Source: a virus
Lineage: Duplodnaviria; Caudoviricetes
Length of the DNA stretch: 64,000 nucleotides
IMG/VR virus record: IMGVR_UViG_3300029288_000080
Coordinates: 113,604-177,603 of that record
Direction: 5' to 3' (one strand)
Each line of letters begins with the position of its first letter. Positions within the stretch are counted from its first letter, which is position 1. This document shows positions 55,354 through 64,000 of this stretch, piece by piece. The position numbers and the translations under genes were made by a program. The notes beneath the pieces were generated by a model. It was not told the origin of the DNA, searched no databases, and saw only the letters and a list, made by a program, of their open reading frames with translations.

Positions 55354-55703
55354 TGGGACCACATTGGGAAGACATTTATGACGATGAAGGGTGGGATGAA
55401 GCTGTGGCAAAAACTGGCTTGCCTACCGGCCAAACTCCTGACGACAGCGAACTGCGCCGCATCCTCCTGACGGAAAATGGAGGCAGTGTTTCCGCTGGGA
55501 TTGGTGGCGTCTACGCCTACGCAGCACCCCCGCTGGACCAATGGATCCCTGGCCCCCAAGAGTTCTACACCGTTTCAGTGCCACCCCTGACCGAGGAGAT
55601 GGTCAAGGACCTGCTGGCCAGGGTCCAGCGGCTCGAGCAGCAAGTTGCTGACCTCGTGGCCAAAAAACCGAAGCCTCGGGTCCGGCGCAAAAAACCGGCA
55701 TGA
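55353..55703 (+). CDS. hypothetical protein
   Basis: TAATG coupling. Confidence 0.6.
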   Translation: MGPHWEDIYDDEGWDEAVAKTGLPTGQTPDDSELRRILLTENGGSVSAGIGGVYAYAAPPLDQWIPGPQEFYTVSVPPLTEEMVKDLLARVQRLEQQVADLVAKKPKPRVRRKKPA

Positions 55704-57538
55704 GCACCACGGTACTACACCAAGACCGCGATGGTGACGTTACCGCCATGGTGGTGTCGTCGTCGGGGGAGTTACCGGCCAAGGCACCCAAGGGGTTCCG
55801 TGGCCCGGGTAAACGGCTGAAGCGCCTTGTTGAGAAAATCCGACGTCGCGGCAAAGTCAGGGGTATCAGCACCCACGTGGACCACGATGGATCAGCCTGC
55901 ATGGTCTTGGGTGAATGCCTTGAAACCATGCGGAAACTACCAGACAACTCGATCGACGCCGTTGTCGCGGACCCACCGTACGGCCTGTCCCGACACCCAC
56001 CTGAAATGATCCGCGAGGCACTATCGTGTTGGTTGTCTGGAAAACCCTTTGTCCCTGCCAAAGGGGCTAAAGGCTTCATGGGTCGTGACTGGGATTCCTT
56101 TCCCCCAGGACCAGAAGTCTGGCGAGAATGTTATCGTGTACTTAAACCAGGGGGCCACGCGGTCATATTCGCAGGGACCAGGACACTTGATCTGATGGGC
56201 ATGAGCCTGCGGCTAGCCGGATTTGAGGTGAGGGATTCCATTGCTTGCTGGATCATGGGGTCGGGGTTTCCAAAAGGCGGATCGATTGGACGGCAAATCT
56301 ACAAACAATTGGGCAAAGAGAAGTCACGAAAAGTAATCGGTGAATACCGTATGCCTCTGGACAGCACCGCACCGAATCGACGCCCATCCCAGGGCTTAGG
56401 CTACCAAGGCAGTAAGACCATTGGTGTGGGACGAAACGTCACGACATCGGCTACCGAAGAAGCCGCACCATTCGAGGGCTACGCTTCCCAGATGAAGCCC
56501 TCGCATGAGCCGATCCTGCTCGTGCGCAAAAGTCTGGATGGCACCCTGGCCAACAACGCGTTGGTCCATGGGACCGGCGGGCTGAACATTGATGCGTGCC
56601 GGGTGGCGTTTCAAGGAACCACCGACGAGCAGGAGTCTAAAAACAAAAACCAGCATGGTGACTTTGGCTCAGGGCAACGAGGCAACAAAATCTACGGGGC
56701 AGACTTAAACGACAGAACCAACTACGACGCACCTGGCCGTTGGCCACCAAATACAGTTTTCTGTCACGCGGATGGCTGCCGACCCGTGGGGTCCAGACAA
56801 ATACAAACTGCCAGCCGTTTGGGCGTCCACAAACTAGATGCCCATGAAAATAAAACCCAGAGCATGGGCAAGGAATCCAGGCCAGCAGGCACACCTCTTA
56901 CCCACCACTGTGACCCCGACGGCAAAGAAACCGTGGAACAGTGGGCCTGCGTCGAGGGGTGTCCAATCGGAATGCTGGACCGGCAAAGCTTAGAGCAGGG
57001 GATACATGGTGCAGGGAAAGCGCGCACCGGCGTACACGGCGGGGATTATAAAGCAACATCTTGGAAAGTAAATGGTGGGGCTCCCAGAGAAATGGGACGG
57101 TTTGGAGACCAAGGTGGAGCCAGCCGATTTTTCCCGTGTTTCCCCCAGGACCAGGATCCATTTTTCTACTGCGCCAAAGCATCTCGTCGTGAACGTGAAC
57201 TTGGGTGTGATGCTGTTGAGCCCAATAAACAGGGTACCCGCAATACCCACATCTCGGTCAAACCACTGCAAGTGATGCGATGGCTTTGTCGATTGGTTTC
57301 AACCCCAGGGGGTGCCTTGATCCTCGACCCCTTCATGGGGTCCGGGACCACCGGGGTCGCGGCCCTGCTGGAAGGCCAGCGATTTATCGGGATTGAACAG
57401 GATCCCCGATACCACGAAATCGCGGTCAACAGGATCCACCAGTACAAACTGCACCGCGGCAAGGCCCAGCAGGGTAAAAAGAAACCAGCGAAGTCCGCTG
57501 CTGCCAAACCGTCCCTCTGGGACCAAGGAAAACCATGA
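55700..57538 (+). CDS. N4/N6 DNA methyltransferase (beta class) with a long variable region
   Basis: ADPPY, RVLKPGG, GSGFPK, H.SVKP, LDPFMGSGTTG. Confidence 0.92.
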   Translation: MSTTVLHQDRDGDVTAMVVSSSGELPAKAPKGFRGPGKRLKRLVEKIRRRGKVRGISTHVDHDGSACMVLGECLETMRKLPDNSIDAVVADPPYGLSRHPPEMIREALSCWLSGKPFVPAKGAKGFMGRDWDSFPPGPEVWRECYRVLKPGGHAVIFAGTRTLDLMGMSLRLAGFEVRDSIACWIMGSGFPKGGSIGRQIYKQLGKEKSRKVIGEYRMPLDSTAPNRRPSQGLGYQGSKTIGVGRNVTTSATEEAAPFEGYASQMKPSHEPILLVRKSLDGTLANNALVHGTGGLNIDACRVAFQGTTDEQESKNKNQHGDFGSGQRGNKIYGADLNDRTNYDAPGRWPPNTVFCHADGCRPVGSRQIQTASRLGVHKLDAHENKTQSMGKESRPAGTPLTHHCDPDGKETVEQWACVEGCPIGMLDRQSLEQGIHGAGKARTGVHGGDYKATSWKVNGGAPREMGRFGDQGGASRFFPCFPQDQDPFFYCAKASRRERELGCDAVEPNKQGTRNTHISVKPLQVMRWLCRLVSTPGGALILDPFMGSGTTGVAALLEGQRFIGIEQDPRYHEIAVNRIHQYKLHRGKAQQGKKKPAKSAAAKPSLWDQGKP

Positions 57539-57891
57539 CCAAGGATAAAGACCAGACCCCTGACGACAAAGTCATTTCCATCCATTCGGTCAAGCCGCCC
57601 GTCGCGACCGACGAACTGGAGTGTGACCACGAGTGTGCTGATTGTCCCGAGCGCGACGAGTGCGAGGAAGTCCAGCAGACCGGCTGCGGGGATCCTCTGT
57701 GCCCCGAGTGTCAGTCCAGACGGGTCCAGCAGATCCTGGAGATCGCCCAGACCATCCAGGCCATCCGGGAGGTCGTGTCGGGCGACCCTCTGGACGGCAC
57801 CTGCAAACCACTCTGTACCGCAGCCACCAGGTTGGCCAAGGCAGCCCAGTGGATTTCCACCCAGGTGTACACGGGCGACCAGGAGGACTAG
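57535..57891 (+). CDS. Cys-rich hypothetical protein
   Basis: AAGGA RBS. Confidence 0.65.
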   Translation: MTKDKDQTPDDKVISIHSVKPPVATDELECDHECADCPERDECEEVQQTGCGDPLCPECQSRRVQQILEIAQTIQAIREVVSGDPLDGTCKPLCTAATRLAKAAQWISTQVYTGDQED

Positions 57892-57892
57892 G

Positions 57893-58294
57893 ATGGCCAA
57901 ACGGAAAACGTACCCCGTGGTCCAGTTGGCCCACTGGATGGTCAAACGTGACGGGCCACGGTGCGAATGCTGGGACCAGACCCATGACGTCTCGTGGGTC
58001 TGTCGTGACTGCTGGGGCACTGGTTTCTCCGGAGGCTACACCCTCCACGCCGCGTCAGTAGGCTACTACCTGGTCAAAGACAATACCGCACCAAAAGAAT
58101 CCGAAGACACGTGGGCAACCCGGGTGTACCGCCCAACGCATCAGTTTGACCCCACCAACTACGCTCTTGGAGACATACTGGTTGATCTGACCAGCCCAGC
58201 ACGTTGGAAAATAATCGCGGCTTCCGTGGCCGGCGAGATAGAAACCCGTTTAGTCCAGCCATACGAGACTGCTCAACGATTTCCCACTTTGTAA
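57893..58294 (+). CDS. zinc-finger protein (CECW...CRDCWGTGFSGGY)
   Basis: AGGAGG RBS; motif resembles large-phage neck proteins. Confidence 0.55.
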   Translation: MAKRKTYPVVQLAHWMVKRDGPRCECWDQTHDVSWVCRDCWGTGFSGGYTLHAASVGYYLVKDNTAPKESEDTWATRVYRPTHQFDPTNYALGDILVDLTSPARWKIIAASVAGEIETRLVQPYETAQRFPTL

Positions 58295-58304
58295 GGAGGT
58301 CATC

Positions 58305-58622
58305 ATGGCCAAAAATCCAGAAAAGAAATTCGTGCATTTTGTCCCGGAGCCCAAGGTTGGGCATGGCTGCGACGAGTGCGGCGACTGTGAGGATTGCGAA
58401 CCCGATGAGGGGATGCTGCTCGACGAGATGATTGGGTCGATCCACGGGATGTTACTGGTCGTGGAAAAGGCCCAAACCCTCATGAACAACACCAGCGTAC
58501 AGGATACCCGCGACGACCTGCGCGGCATCCAGGTCAAGGCTACCCGCCTGGCCTGCACGATGATCAACAACATCGAGGTCATCGAGCACGTCGTGGTCCC
58601 AACCGAAACCAAGGGGAACTAA
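58305..58622 (+). CDS. hypothetical protein
   Basis: AAGGAGG RBS. Confidence 0.7.
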   Translation: MAKNPEKKFVHFVPEPKVGHGCDECGDCEDCEPDEGMLLDEMIGSIHGMLLVVEKAQTLMNNTSVQDTRDDLRGIQVKATRLACTMINNIEVIEHVVVPTETKGN

Positions 58623-58624
58623 CC

Positions 58625-59587
58625 ATGCTGCCGAAACTCACGTCTCCACGGATGCGCGGGCCCGAAGTTCTGGATTGGCAGAACAAACTCCTAATCTTGA
58701 AGTACGATCTTGGTCAATATGGGGCCGACGGCGTGTTCGGGCCTGCAACCGACCAAGCGACCCGCGCGTTCCAAACCACAGCCAACATCACGGTTGACGG
58801 AACAGTGGGCCCCGTGACCCAAGCAGCGGCTGACAAAGCCATCGCTGACCAAAAACCCCCGTACTCAGGGGTCATGCGGTTGGTTTCGCTCCGGGATGTC
58901 CTGCCTGTTGGCCAGACCACCATGATGGGGTTCGACGCGTCCTGCTACGTGTGGCCCGAGGCCGCCAAGGCCATGTGGAACAAAGGATACCGGATCGTGT
59001 TCCGCTACCTGCGGTTGTGGGATCGATGTGTCCTAGACCGGCCAGATGGGCAGGGTGGTTCTGACTCGCTGTCCAAACAAGAGCGCGATGAACTCCTGTC
59101 AATGGGATACCTGATCGGCCTGGTGTCGTTTGCCACGTTGCGTTCTGAACGCTACCCTTTGACCGCAGAGGGCGGCACTAACAGGGGCGATATTGCCGGA
59201 TGGAACGCGACAGAGTTAGGGTTCCCCCAGGGGATGCACCTGCACTCCGACCAGGAATATTCGTCGGTGCCGCCCGGTAGCAAAACGGCACTCCCGGCCT
59301 ACGAGAACGCCCGGTTTGACGTGATCCGCGACCGATATTCGATGGTGTCGTCCCTGTACGTCGGGACCAACCTCGGGATGACCGGCAAGGAACTGTGCAG
59401 TAACATCGTGACCCCCAACTTCTGGCGCTGCGCCGTGGTCGATACCCCCACGCCTTCGCCCCGAGGGGTCAAGATCCAACAGGGGTTCCCCAAGACAATT
59501 ACGGTCGGGGGTAGGAAATTCGAATACGACCCCGACGTCGTCCAGGCCGACTTGCTCGGTGACTACCCCGTGTTTGGTTCTGCGTAA
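58625..59587 (+). CDS. endolysin: peptidoglycan-binding domain plus DUF1906/GH25-like glycoside hydrolase
   Basis: ADGVFGPATDQATRAFQ...VDGTVGPVT; GFDA...GYRIVFRYL...LSKQE. Confidence 0.8.
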   Translation: MLPKLTSPRMRGPEVLDWQNKLLILKYDLGQYGADGVFGPATDQATRAFQTTANITVDGTVGPVTQAAADKAIADQKPPYSGVMRLVSLRDVLPVGQTTMMGFDASCYVWPEAAKAMWNKGYRIVFRYLRLWDRCVLDRPDGQGGSDSLSKQERDELLSMGYLIGLVSFATLRSERYPLTAEGGTNRGDIAGWNATELGFPQGMHLHSDQEYSSVPPGSKTALPAYENARFDVIRDRYSMVSSLYVGTNLGMTGKELCSNIVTPNFWRCAVVDTPTPSPRGVKIQQGFPKTITVGGRKFEYDPDVVQADLLGDYPVFGSA

Positions 59588-59626
59588 ACCCCGCCTGATT
59601 TATTTTCTTCTCCGCCAATAAAGTAG

Positions 59627-59655
59627 TTGACAAGCGCAATCCACCGTGCTACCAA
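59627..59655 (+). promoter_or_regulatory. sigma70-like promoter (leaderless geometry, ATG 59663)
   Basis: TTGACA-N17-TACCAA. Confidence 0.65.
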
Positions 59656-59662
59656 TAGAAGC

Positions 59663-59875
59663 ATGGAAACCAACACCACTACCCCGACGACCCGTATCCA
59701 CCCGACCAAAACCGTCCTGCAAGGGATCAACGAGGCCATGGCCACGTTCCGTGCGGACTACATGGCTGACCGTGCCCGCCAGGAAGCCGAGCAGCTGCGA
59801 CAAAACCCCAGCCCGGCTGGCCGTGAGGTGGTTCGCGTCCTTCTGGCCCGCGCTCGTGCCCTCCGCGGCATCTAA
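59663..59875 (+). CDS. small hypothetical protein
   Basis: Follows the promoter. Confidence 0.6.
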   Translation: METNTTTPTTRIHPTKTVLQGINEAMATFRADYMADRARQEAEQLRQNPSPAGREVVRVLLARARALRGI

Positions 59876-59884
59876 GGAGCCACC

Positions 59885-60235
59885 ATGGACACCGGCAACA
59901 AGTACGAGGAAACCAAAAACCTGACCACCACCCAGATCGCTGCGCTGGTCCGCCGGGAACTTCGCGCGGCCCAGAAAACCCGGGGATTCCGCTGCAGCGT
60001 CAAAACCGACCATTTTTCAGGTGGCTCGGCCATCAGGGTCCGGTTGGACTTCCCTGAGGATGCTGATCGAGTCAATGCCGCCACGACGATCCAGTGGGCC
60101 CGGGAAATCCTGGACCAGTACAACCGGCAGGATGTCGACCTCCTGACCGACTACTTCGACGTCCGGTTCTACGGGACCGTCACGTGCAACCTGCACCCCC
60201 TACCCTACCTGGCCCGTGACGTTGAGGAGGAATAG
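59885..60235 (+). CDS. LPD29-like (large polyvalent protein-associated domain) protein
   Basis: GNKY...IAALVRREL...SVKTDHFSGGSAI...YN..D.DLLTDYFDVRFY. Confidence 0.65.
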   Translation: MDTGNKYEETKNLTTTQIAALVRRELRAAQKTRGFRCSVKTDHFSGGSAIRVRLDFPEDADRVNAATTIQWAREILDQYNRQDVDLLTDYFDVRFYGTVTCNLHPLPYLARDVEEE

Positions 60236-60239
60236 CATC

Positions 60240-60524
60240 ATGACCAACACGATCAAGCCGCCCGCCATCGGACCGCTCCCCCGGTTCCTCGTGATGTCGG
60301 CGTCGACCACCCCGAGTTCCACGTGCTGGGGCGTCTACGGGCGAGTCGCGGTCCTGGAAATCCTGGACCAGTCGGCCCGGCCCACCTGCATTCGAGACAC
60401 CCGAGGCGCCAAGGTCCTGGCCACCTGGGAAAACTGCAACATCGGGACCACTGACCGCTGTGCGTACTGGAGGGCGGTCCGGGAGGCCCAGGAGTTCGCG
60501 GCGACCAGAAATGCCAACGGATAA
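60240..60524 (+). CDS. hypothetical protein
   Basis: GAGGAGG RBS. Confidence 0.65.
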   Translation: MTNTIKPPAIGPLPRFLVMSASTTPSSTCWGVYGRVAVLEILDQSARPTCIRDTRGAKVLATWENCNIGTTDRCAYWRAVREAQEFAATRNANG

Positions 60525-60538
60525 AGTGTAAATACCCG

Positions 60539-60567
60539 TTGACAACCGCAACCAAGACAGGTAAAGT
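60539..60567 (+). promoter_or_regulatory. sigma70-like promoter (leaderless geometry, ATG 60575)
   Basis: TTGACA-N17-TAAAGT. Confidence 0.7.
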
Positions 60568-60574
60568 GACTGAC

Positions 60575-61114
60575 ATGCGTACCACGAAGCCCCGTAAACC
60601 CAAGGTAGTGCTGCCTCCTGTTCCGCCTTCCCCGCCCCCGACCCCCGAGGAGCAGTGGCGAAACATCAGGAAAACTACCATCGGGGTGATCCAGTATCAC
60701 GTGGCTCAAGGGATTAAAACCCGAAAGGATCTGGACCAGCGGATTCAATCCGGTGACCTCCTTGACGTCATCGCGAACGCCTCCAGAGCCATTGAGAAGA
60801 TTTCGGCCGGTGAGATCGCCAGTCGGGCAATCCGAGCTGCCAGGGGATCGGTTGACCCATTGTTCACGGTCCTCAAGGTGGAGTTGGCTCGTGAGACCGA
60901 CGAAATCTTACGGTACCGGCCCTGCAGCCCCGACGAGATGGTCCAGGTGACCAACCTGGCCCGCAACCGTGGGATCGGCGAGGTGCTCCGCGATCTCGCT
61001 GCGGACGTCCAGGTAGCCGACAAGGCCATGGCAACCCTGGGGGTCGTCGATACCCCTTGGGGCCCCGAAGACGACGAGGAACTCCTGTGGGCGCAGGAAA
61101 CCTGGAAGGTGTGA
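60575..61114 (+). CDS. hypothetical protein
   Basis: Follows the promoter, precedes rtcB. Confidence 0.65.
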   Translation: MRTTKPRKPKVVLPPVPPSPPPTPEEQWRNIRKTTIGVIQYHVAQGIKTRKDLDQRIQSGDLLDVIANASRAIEKISAGEIASRAIRAARGSVDPLFTVLKVELARETDEILRYRPCSPDEMVQVTNLARNRGIGEVLRDLAADVQVADKAMATLGVVDTPWGPEDDEELLWAQETWKV

Positions 61115-61115
61115 C

Positions 61116-62309
61116 GTGAAGATCCAAGGCAAGTACAACACTGCCGATGTGTTCAACGACCACGTTGAGGCGTCGGCGATGTCGCAAATCATTGAGTTGC
61201 TCAACCAAGAGTTCGTCCAGGGGTCCAGCATCAAGATCATGCCGGATGTCCACGCTGGAGCGGGCTGCGTGGTTGGCACCACCATGACGCTACACGGCAA
61301 AGTCGTGCCCAATCTCGTGGGGGTGGACATTGGCTGCGGCGTAGAAGTCCGCAAGCTCTGCGGCAAGCCGGACTTCAAGAAGCTCGATAAGGTGATTCTG
61401 GACCATGTGCCGTCTGGGTTCAACGTCCGCAGCGCCAGCGGCATGCACCGATTGCTGGACAAGAATGCACTCGCCAGCCTCAAGTGTGTCCATGCAGTAG
61501 ATCTACGACGTGCACACCGGTCGGTTGGCACTCTCGGTGGCGGCAACCACTTCATCGAGATCGACGTGGACTCGGAAGGTAAGTACTGGCTGGTGGTCCA
61601 CAGCGGCTCCCGCAACCTGGGCAAGCAGGTGGCCGAGCATTACCAGGCCGCCGCGGTCAAGCAACGGAGCCAGCAGGACTATGGGAAGCAGGCCATGGTG
61701 GACCACCTCAAGGCCGAGGGCCGTGCGGCCGAAATTTCCGACGCCATCAAGGCCCTGAAGATCCCGAAGATCCCCCAGTACCTGGCCTACCTGGATGGGG
61801 ACCTGTTCCGTGACTACCTCCACGACATGGAGATCGTCCAGGACTACGCTCGGCGCAACCGAGCCGCGATCATCGAAACCATCGACGACGAAATGGAGTT
61901 CGCTGCCGACGACCACTTTGAAACGGTCCACAACTACGTGGATCTTGACCACATGGTCCTGCGGAAGGGCGCGGTCGCGGCCTATCAGGACCAGCGGCTC
62001 GTAATCCCCCTGAACATGCGGGACGGGACCCTGCTGTGCCGTGGCCTCGGCAACCCCGACTGGAATTTCTCTGCGCCCCACGGGGCCGGCCGAGCCATGG
62101 GGAGGGCTGAGGCCAAGCGGCGCCTATCCATGGACGACTTCCGCGAGACCATGCAGGGGGTCTACTCAACCTGCGTGGACCCAGGAACCCTCGACGAGGC
62201 CCCTGGGGCGTATAAGCCGGCCGAGGAGATCCAGCAGTATATCGGTGACACCGTCGAGGTGCTGGACCGCTGGAAGCCAGTCTACAACTTCAAGGCGCGA
62301 GAAGGCTAG
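61116..62309 (+). CDS. rtcB: RtcB RNA ligase
   Basis: MPDVHAG, VGVDIGCG, GTLGGGNHFIE, HSGSR, HNY, RKGA, HGAGR, DEAPGAYK. Confidence 0.96.
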   Translation: MKIQGKYNTADVFNDHVEASAMSQIIELLNQEFVQGSSIKIMPDVHAGAGCVVGTTMTLHGKVVPNLVGVDIGCGVEVRKLCGKPDFKKLDKVILDHVPSGFNVRSASGMHRLLDKNALASLKCVHAVDLRRAHRSVGTLGGGNHFIEIDVDSEGKYWLVVHSGSRNLGKQVAEHYQAAAVKQRSQQDYGKQAMVDHLKAEGRAAEISDAIKALKIPKIPQYLAYLDGDLFRDYLHDMEIVQDYARRNRAAIIETIDDEMEFAADDHFETVHNYVDLDHMVLRKGAVAAYQDQRLVIPLNMRDGTLLCRGLGNPDWNFSAPHGAGRAMGRAEAKRRLSMDDFRETMQGVYSTCVDPGTLDEAPGAYKPAEEIQQYIGDTVEVLDRWKPVYNFKAREG

Positions 62310-62498
62310 GATGTTCACCATCACGACCATCACGGTAATCGAGCCGCGCGGTGCCACCGACCTGGTCCTGATCCACACGGGAGGATACCGTGACGTTGCA
62401 GTGCAACCAGGCTATGGGCCACGGGGCCCAGTGGGTTCGGGACCACCTTGGCCGTGAGCCCGACGAAATTATCAAGGAAAAATAATTGCATTTTATTA

Positions 62499-62527
62499 TT
62501 GACAACGTCAAGTATCTGCGGTATTGG
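62499..62527 (+). promoter_or_regulatory. promoter with palindromic -35 (TTGACAACGTCAA) and AT-rich UP element
   Basis: TTGACA-N17-TATTGG. Confidence 0.6.
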
Positions 62528-62548
62528 TAGGTGTAAGGAGACTCCACC

Positions 62549-62770
62549 ATGTCGATCATACATTTCTCAACCGACCGACTGCTCGACGGCATCGTCAGGA
62601 TGATCAGGATGGCAGGCTACGCCCCTGGTTGTTCCTTGGCATCGGCTTCCCTGCCGGTCAACCTGGCCATCGAGGCCAAGGTGCAGTTGACTGCCAAGGA
62701 GAAGCGGCAGTTGAAGGCATGGCAGACCAATCCCAATCTGTACGGGTCCCAGGGATTTTACCATCCGTAG
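62549..62770 (+). pseudogene. small gene probably truncated by the downstream TnpB element
   Basis: AAGGAG RBS; the ORF ends 9 nt after the TTAC target where the element begins. Confidence 0.5.
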
Positions 62771-63998
62771 CCGGAAAGCCCCGGCTAAAGCCGGGGGATG
62801 AAGGGCGTTGCTTTCTGTTGGTACACACTTCTTTTTAACCACGTTATACTATAGTGCATGGTAGTTAAAGCATACCGATATCGTCTGTACTGTACCAAGG
62901 CTCAGGTCACCAGCCTGAACCGCTGGCTCGACTTGTCCCGTTGGGTCTACAACAAGACCCTGGAAGTCCGGAAGACCTCGTGGGAAACTGATGAAGTCAG
63001 GATCGGGCTGTTCGCGACCAACAAACTCCTGCCCCAATGGAAACAAGAAAAGCCAGAACTTCAGGAAGTCCACAGCCAAGTCCTGCAGAATGCCCAGAAG
63101 CGTGTCGACACTGCTTTCCAAGGATTTTTCCGCAGGGTCAAGAATCACGAGACCCCCGGGTACCCCCGGTTCAGAAATCGTTTCCGCTACGATTCGCTCT
63201 GCTGGCCCCAGTATCCTGGAGGTGCCGTCCTGGACGGAGATATCCTGCGGGTCCGGGGCATCGGGGACATCCGGATCAATCTGCACCGTCCTGTTGAGGG
63301 CAAAATCAAGACCACGACGATTTCCAGAACCTCGACAGGAAAATGGTTTGTGATCTTTTCCGTTGAAGTAGATGTGGTTTGGTTGCCTACGTCCCAGCGA
63401 GCCATTGGGCTGGACGCTGGGCTAGAAAATCTCCTGACGTCCGACCAGGGCCGCGTGATCCACAACCCCAGGTTCCTCCGGCGTGGCCAGCATGACCTCA
63501 AACGGGCCCAGCGAAAACTTTCGGCCACAGCCAAGGGGACGGTCGATAGGGCCAAGAAAAGGAAAGTCGTCGCCCACATCCACGAGCGGATCCGAAATCA
63601 ACGGGTTAACTTTGCCCACCGGATTAGCCGATATTTCGTTGATCATTATGGCGTTATTGTGTTCGAGGACCTCAACGTCCTCAACATGGTCAAGAACCAC
63701 TGTTTGGCCAAGAGCATTCAGGACGCAGCCTGGACGATGATCAGGACCTTCACGATCTACAAAGCGGCAGAAGCTGGTAGAACCATCATCCTGGTCAACC
63801 CGGCGTATACGTCGCAAGATTGCTCGCGGTGTGGTCACCGAGAAAAGAAGCCGTTGGGCCAGCGGGAGCATCGTTGTCCTGCCTGTGGTCTGGTGCTTCA
63901 TCGGGACCATAATGCAGCCATCAATATCTTGAGACTGGGGCTACAGTCTCTGGCCCTTGGGCCTGCAAGTCCTCGACGTAAGTCGGGGAAATAGTCAC
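62762..63998 (+). mobile_element. IS1341-type (tnpB-only) IS200/IS605 element
   Basis: Target TTAC 62758-61, left guide AAAG plus hairpin CCCCGGCTAAAGCCGGGG; right hairpin TCCTCGACGTAAGTCGGGGA and terminal TCAC 63995-98. Confidence 0.8.
62858..63994 (+). CDS. tnpB: RNA-guided endonuclease TnpB
   Basis: GLDAG, FEDL, HRDHNAA; CSRC...CPAC. Confidence 0.95.
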   Translation: MVVKAYRYRLYCTKAQVTSLNRWLDLSRWVYNKTLEVRKTSWETDEVRIGLFATNKLLPQWKQEKPELQEVHSQVLQNAQKRVDTAFQGFFRRVKNHETPGYPRFRNRFRYDSLCWPQYPGGAVLDGDILRVRGIGDIRINLHRPVEGKIKTTTISRTSTGKWFVIFSVEVDVVWLPTSQRAIGLDAGLENLLTSDQGRVIHNPRFLRRGQHDLKRAQRKLSATAKGTVDRAKKRKVVAHIHERIRNQRVNFAHRISRYFVDHYGVIVFEDLNVLNMVKNHCLAKSIQDAAWTMIRTFTIYKAAEAGRTIILVNPAYTSQDCSRCGHREKKPLGQREHRCPACGLVLHRDHNAAINILRLGLQSLALGPASPRRKSGK

Positions 63999-64000
63999 GT

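Noticed and set aside
814-63910. Numerous long minus-strand and alternative-frame ORFs in the ORF track (e.g. 19455..20723, 30603..31631, 11832..12752)
   Set aside because: They shadow well-supported + strand genes, as expected in high-GC DNA, and have no motifs or RBS
1-64000. CRISPR array or Cas12 system associated with the TnpB-like genes
   Set aside because: No regularly spaced repeat-spacer series seen; the 45-bp and 31-bp repeats each occur only twice; no cas1/cas2
1-64000. Stop-codon reassignment (alternative genetic code)
   Set aside because: Conserved genes are full length in code 11, and TAA, TAG and TGA all act as stops

Overview
This window looks like a 64-kb internal segment of a large (jumbo-type) tailed dsDNA phage genome. 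It is GC-rich, uses the standard genetic code, and almost all genes are on the + strand. Virion and lysis genes: a tail-chaperone/tape-measure locus with a -1 slippery site (1.7-6.0 kb), a structural and membrane/lysis block (19.2-34.6 kb) and an endolysin. Replication and recombination genes: a UDG-fused family A DNA polymerase, type IIA topoisomerase B and A subunits, a divergent sliding-clamp-like protein, RuvC and ParB. Other enzymes: two DNA methyltransferases (one split over two overlapping frames), HNH endonucleases and RNA-repair-type genes (RtcB, cREC receiver-like domain, metallophosphoesterase). Many small early-type genes sit behind sigma70-like promoters, and many appear to be leaderless. 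There are four different TnpB genes. The most notable observations are: (i) a phage-encoded DUF2604-like ubiquitin-like domain lacking the conjugation glycine tail, a candidate decoy against ubiquitin-like anti-phage defence; (ii) a complete IS605 element carrying two passenger lipoprotein genes with duplicated 45-bp leaders, inserted into a phage gene; (iii) a stand-alone structured small RNA with its own promoter and terminator; (iv) 31-bp palindromes bounding a target-recognition unit of the split C5-methyltransferase. All family assignments come from motif recognition by eye; no database search was run.
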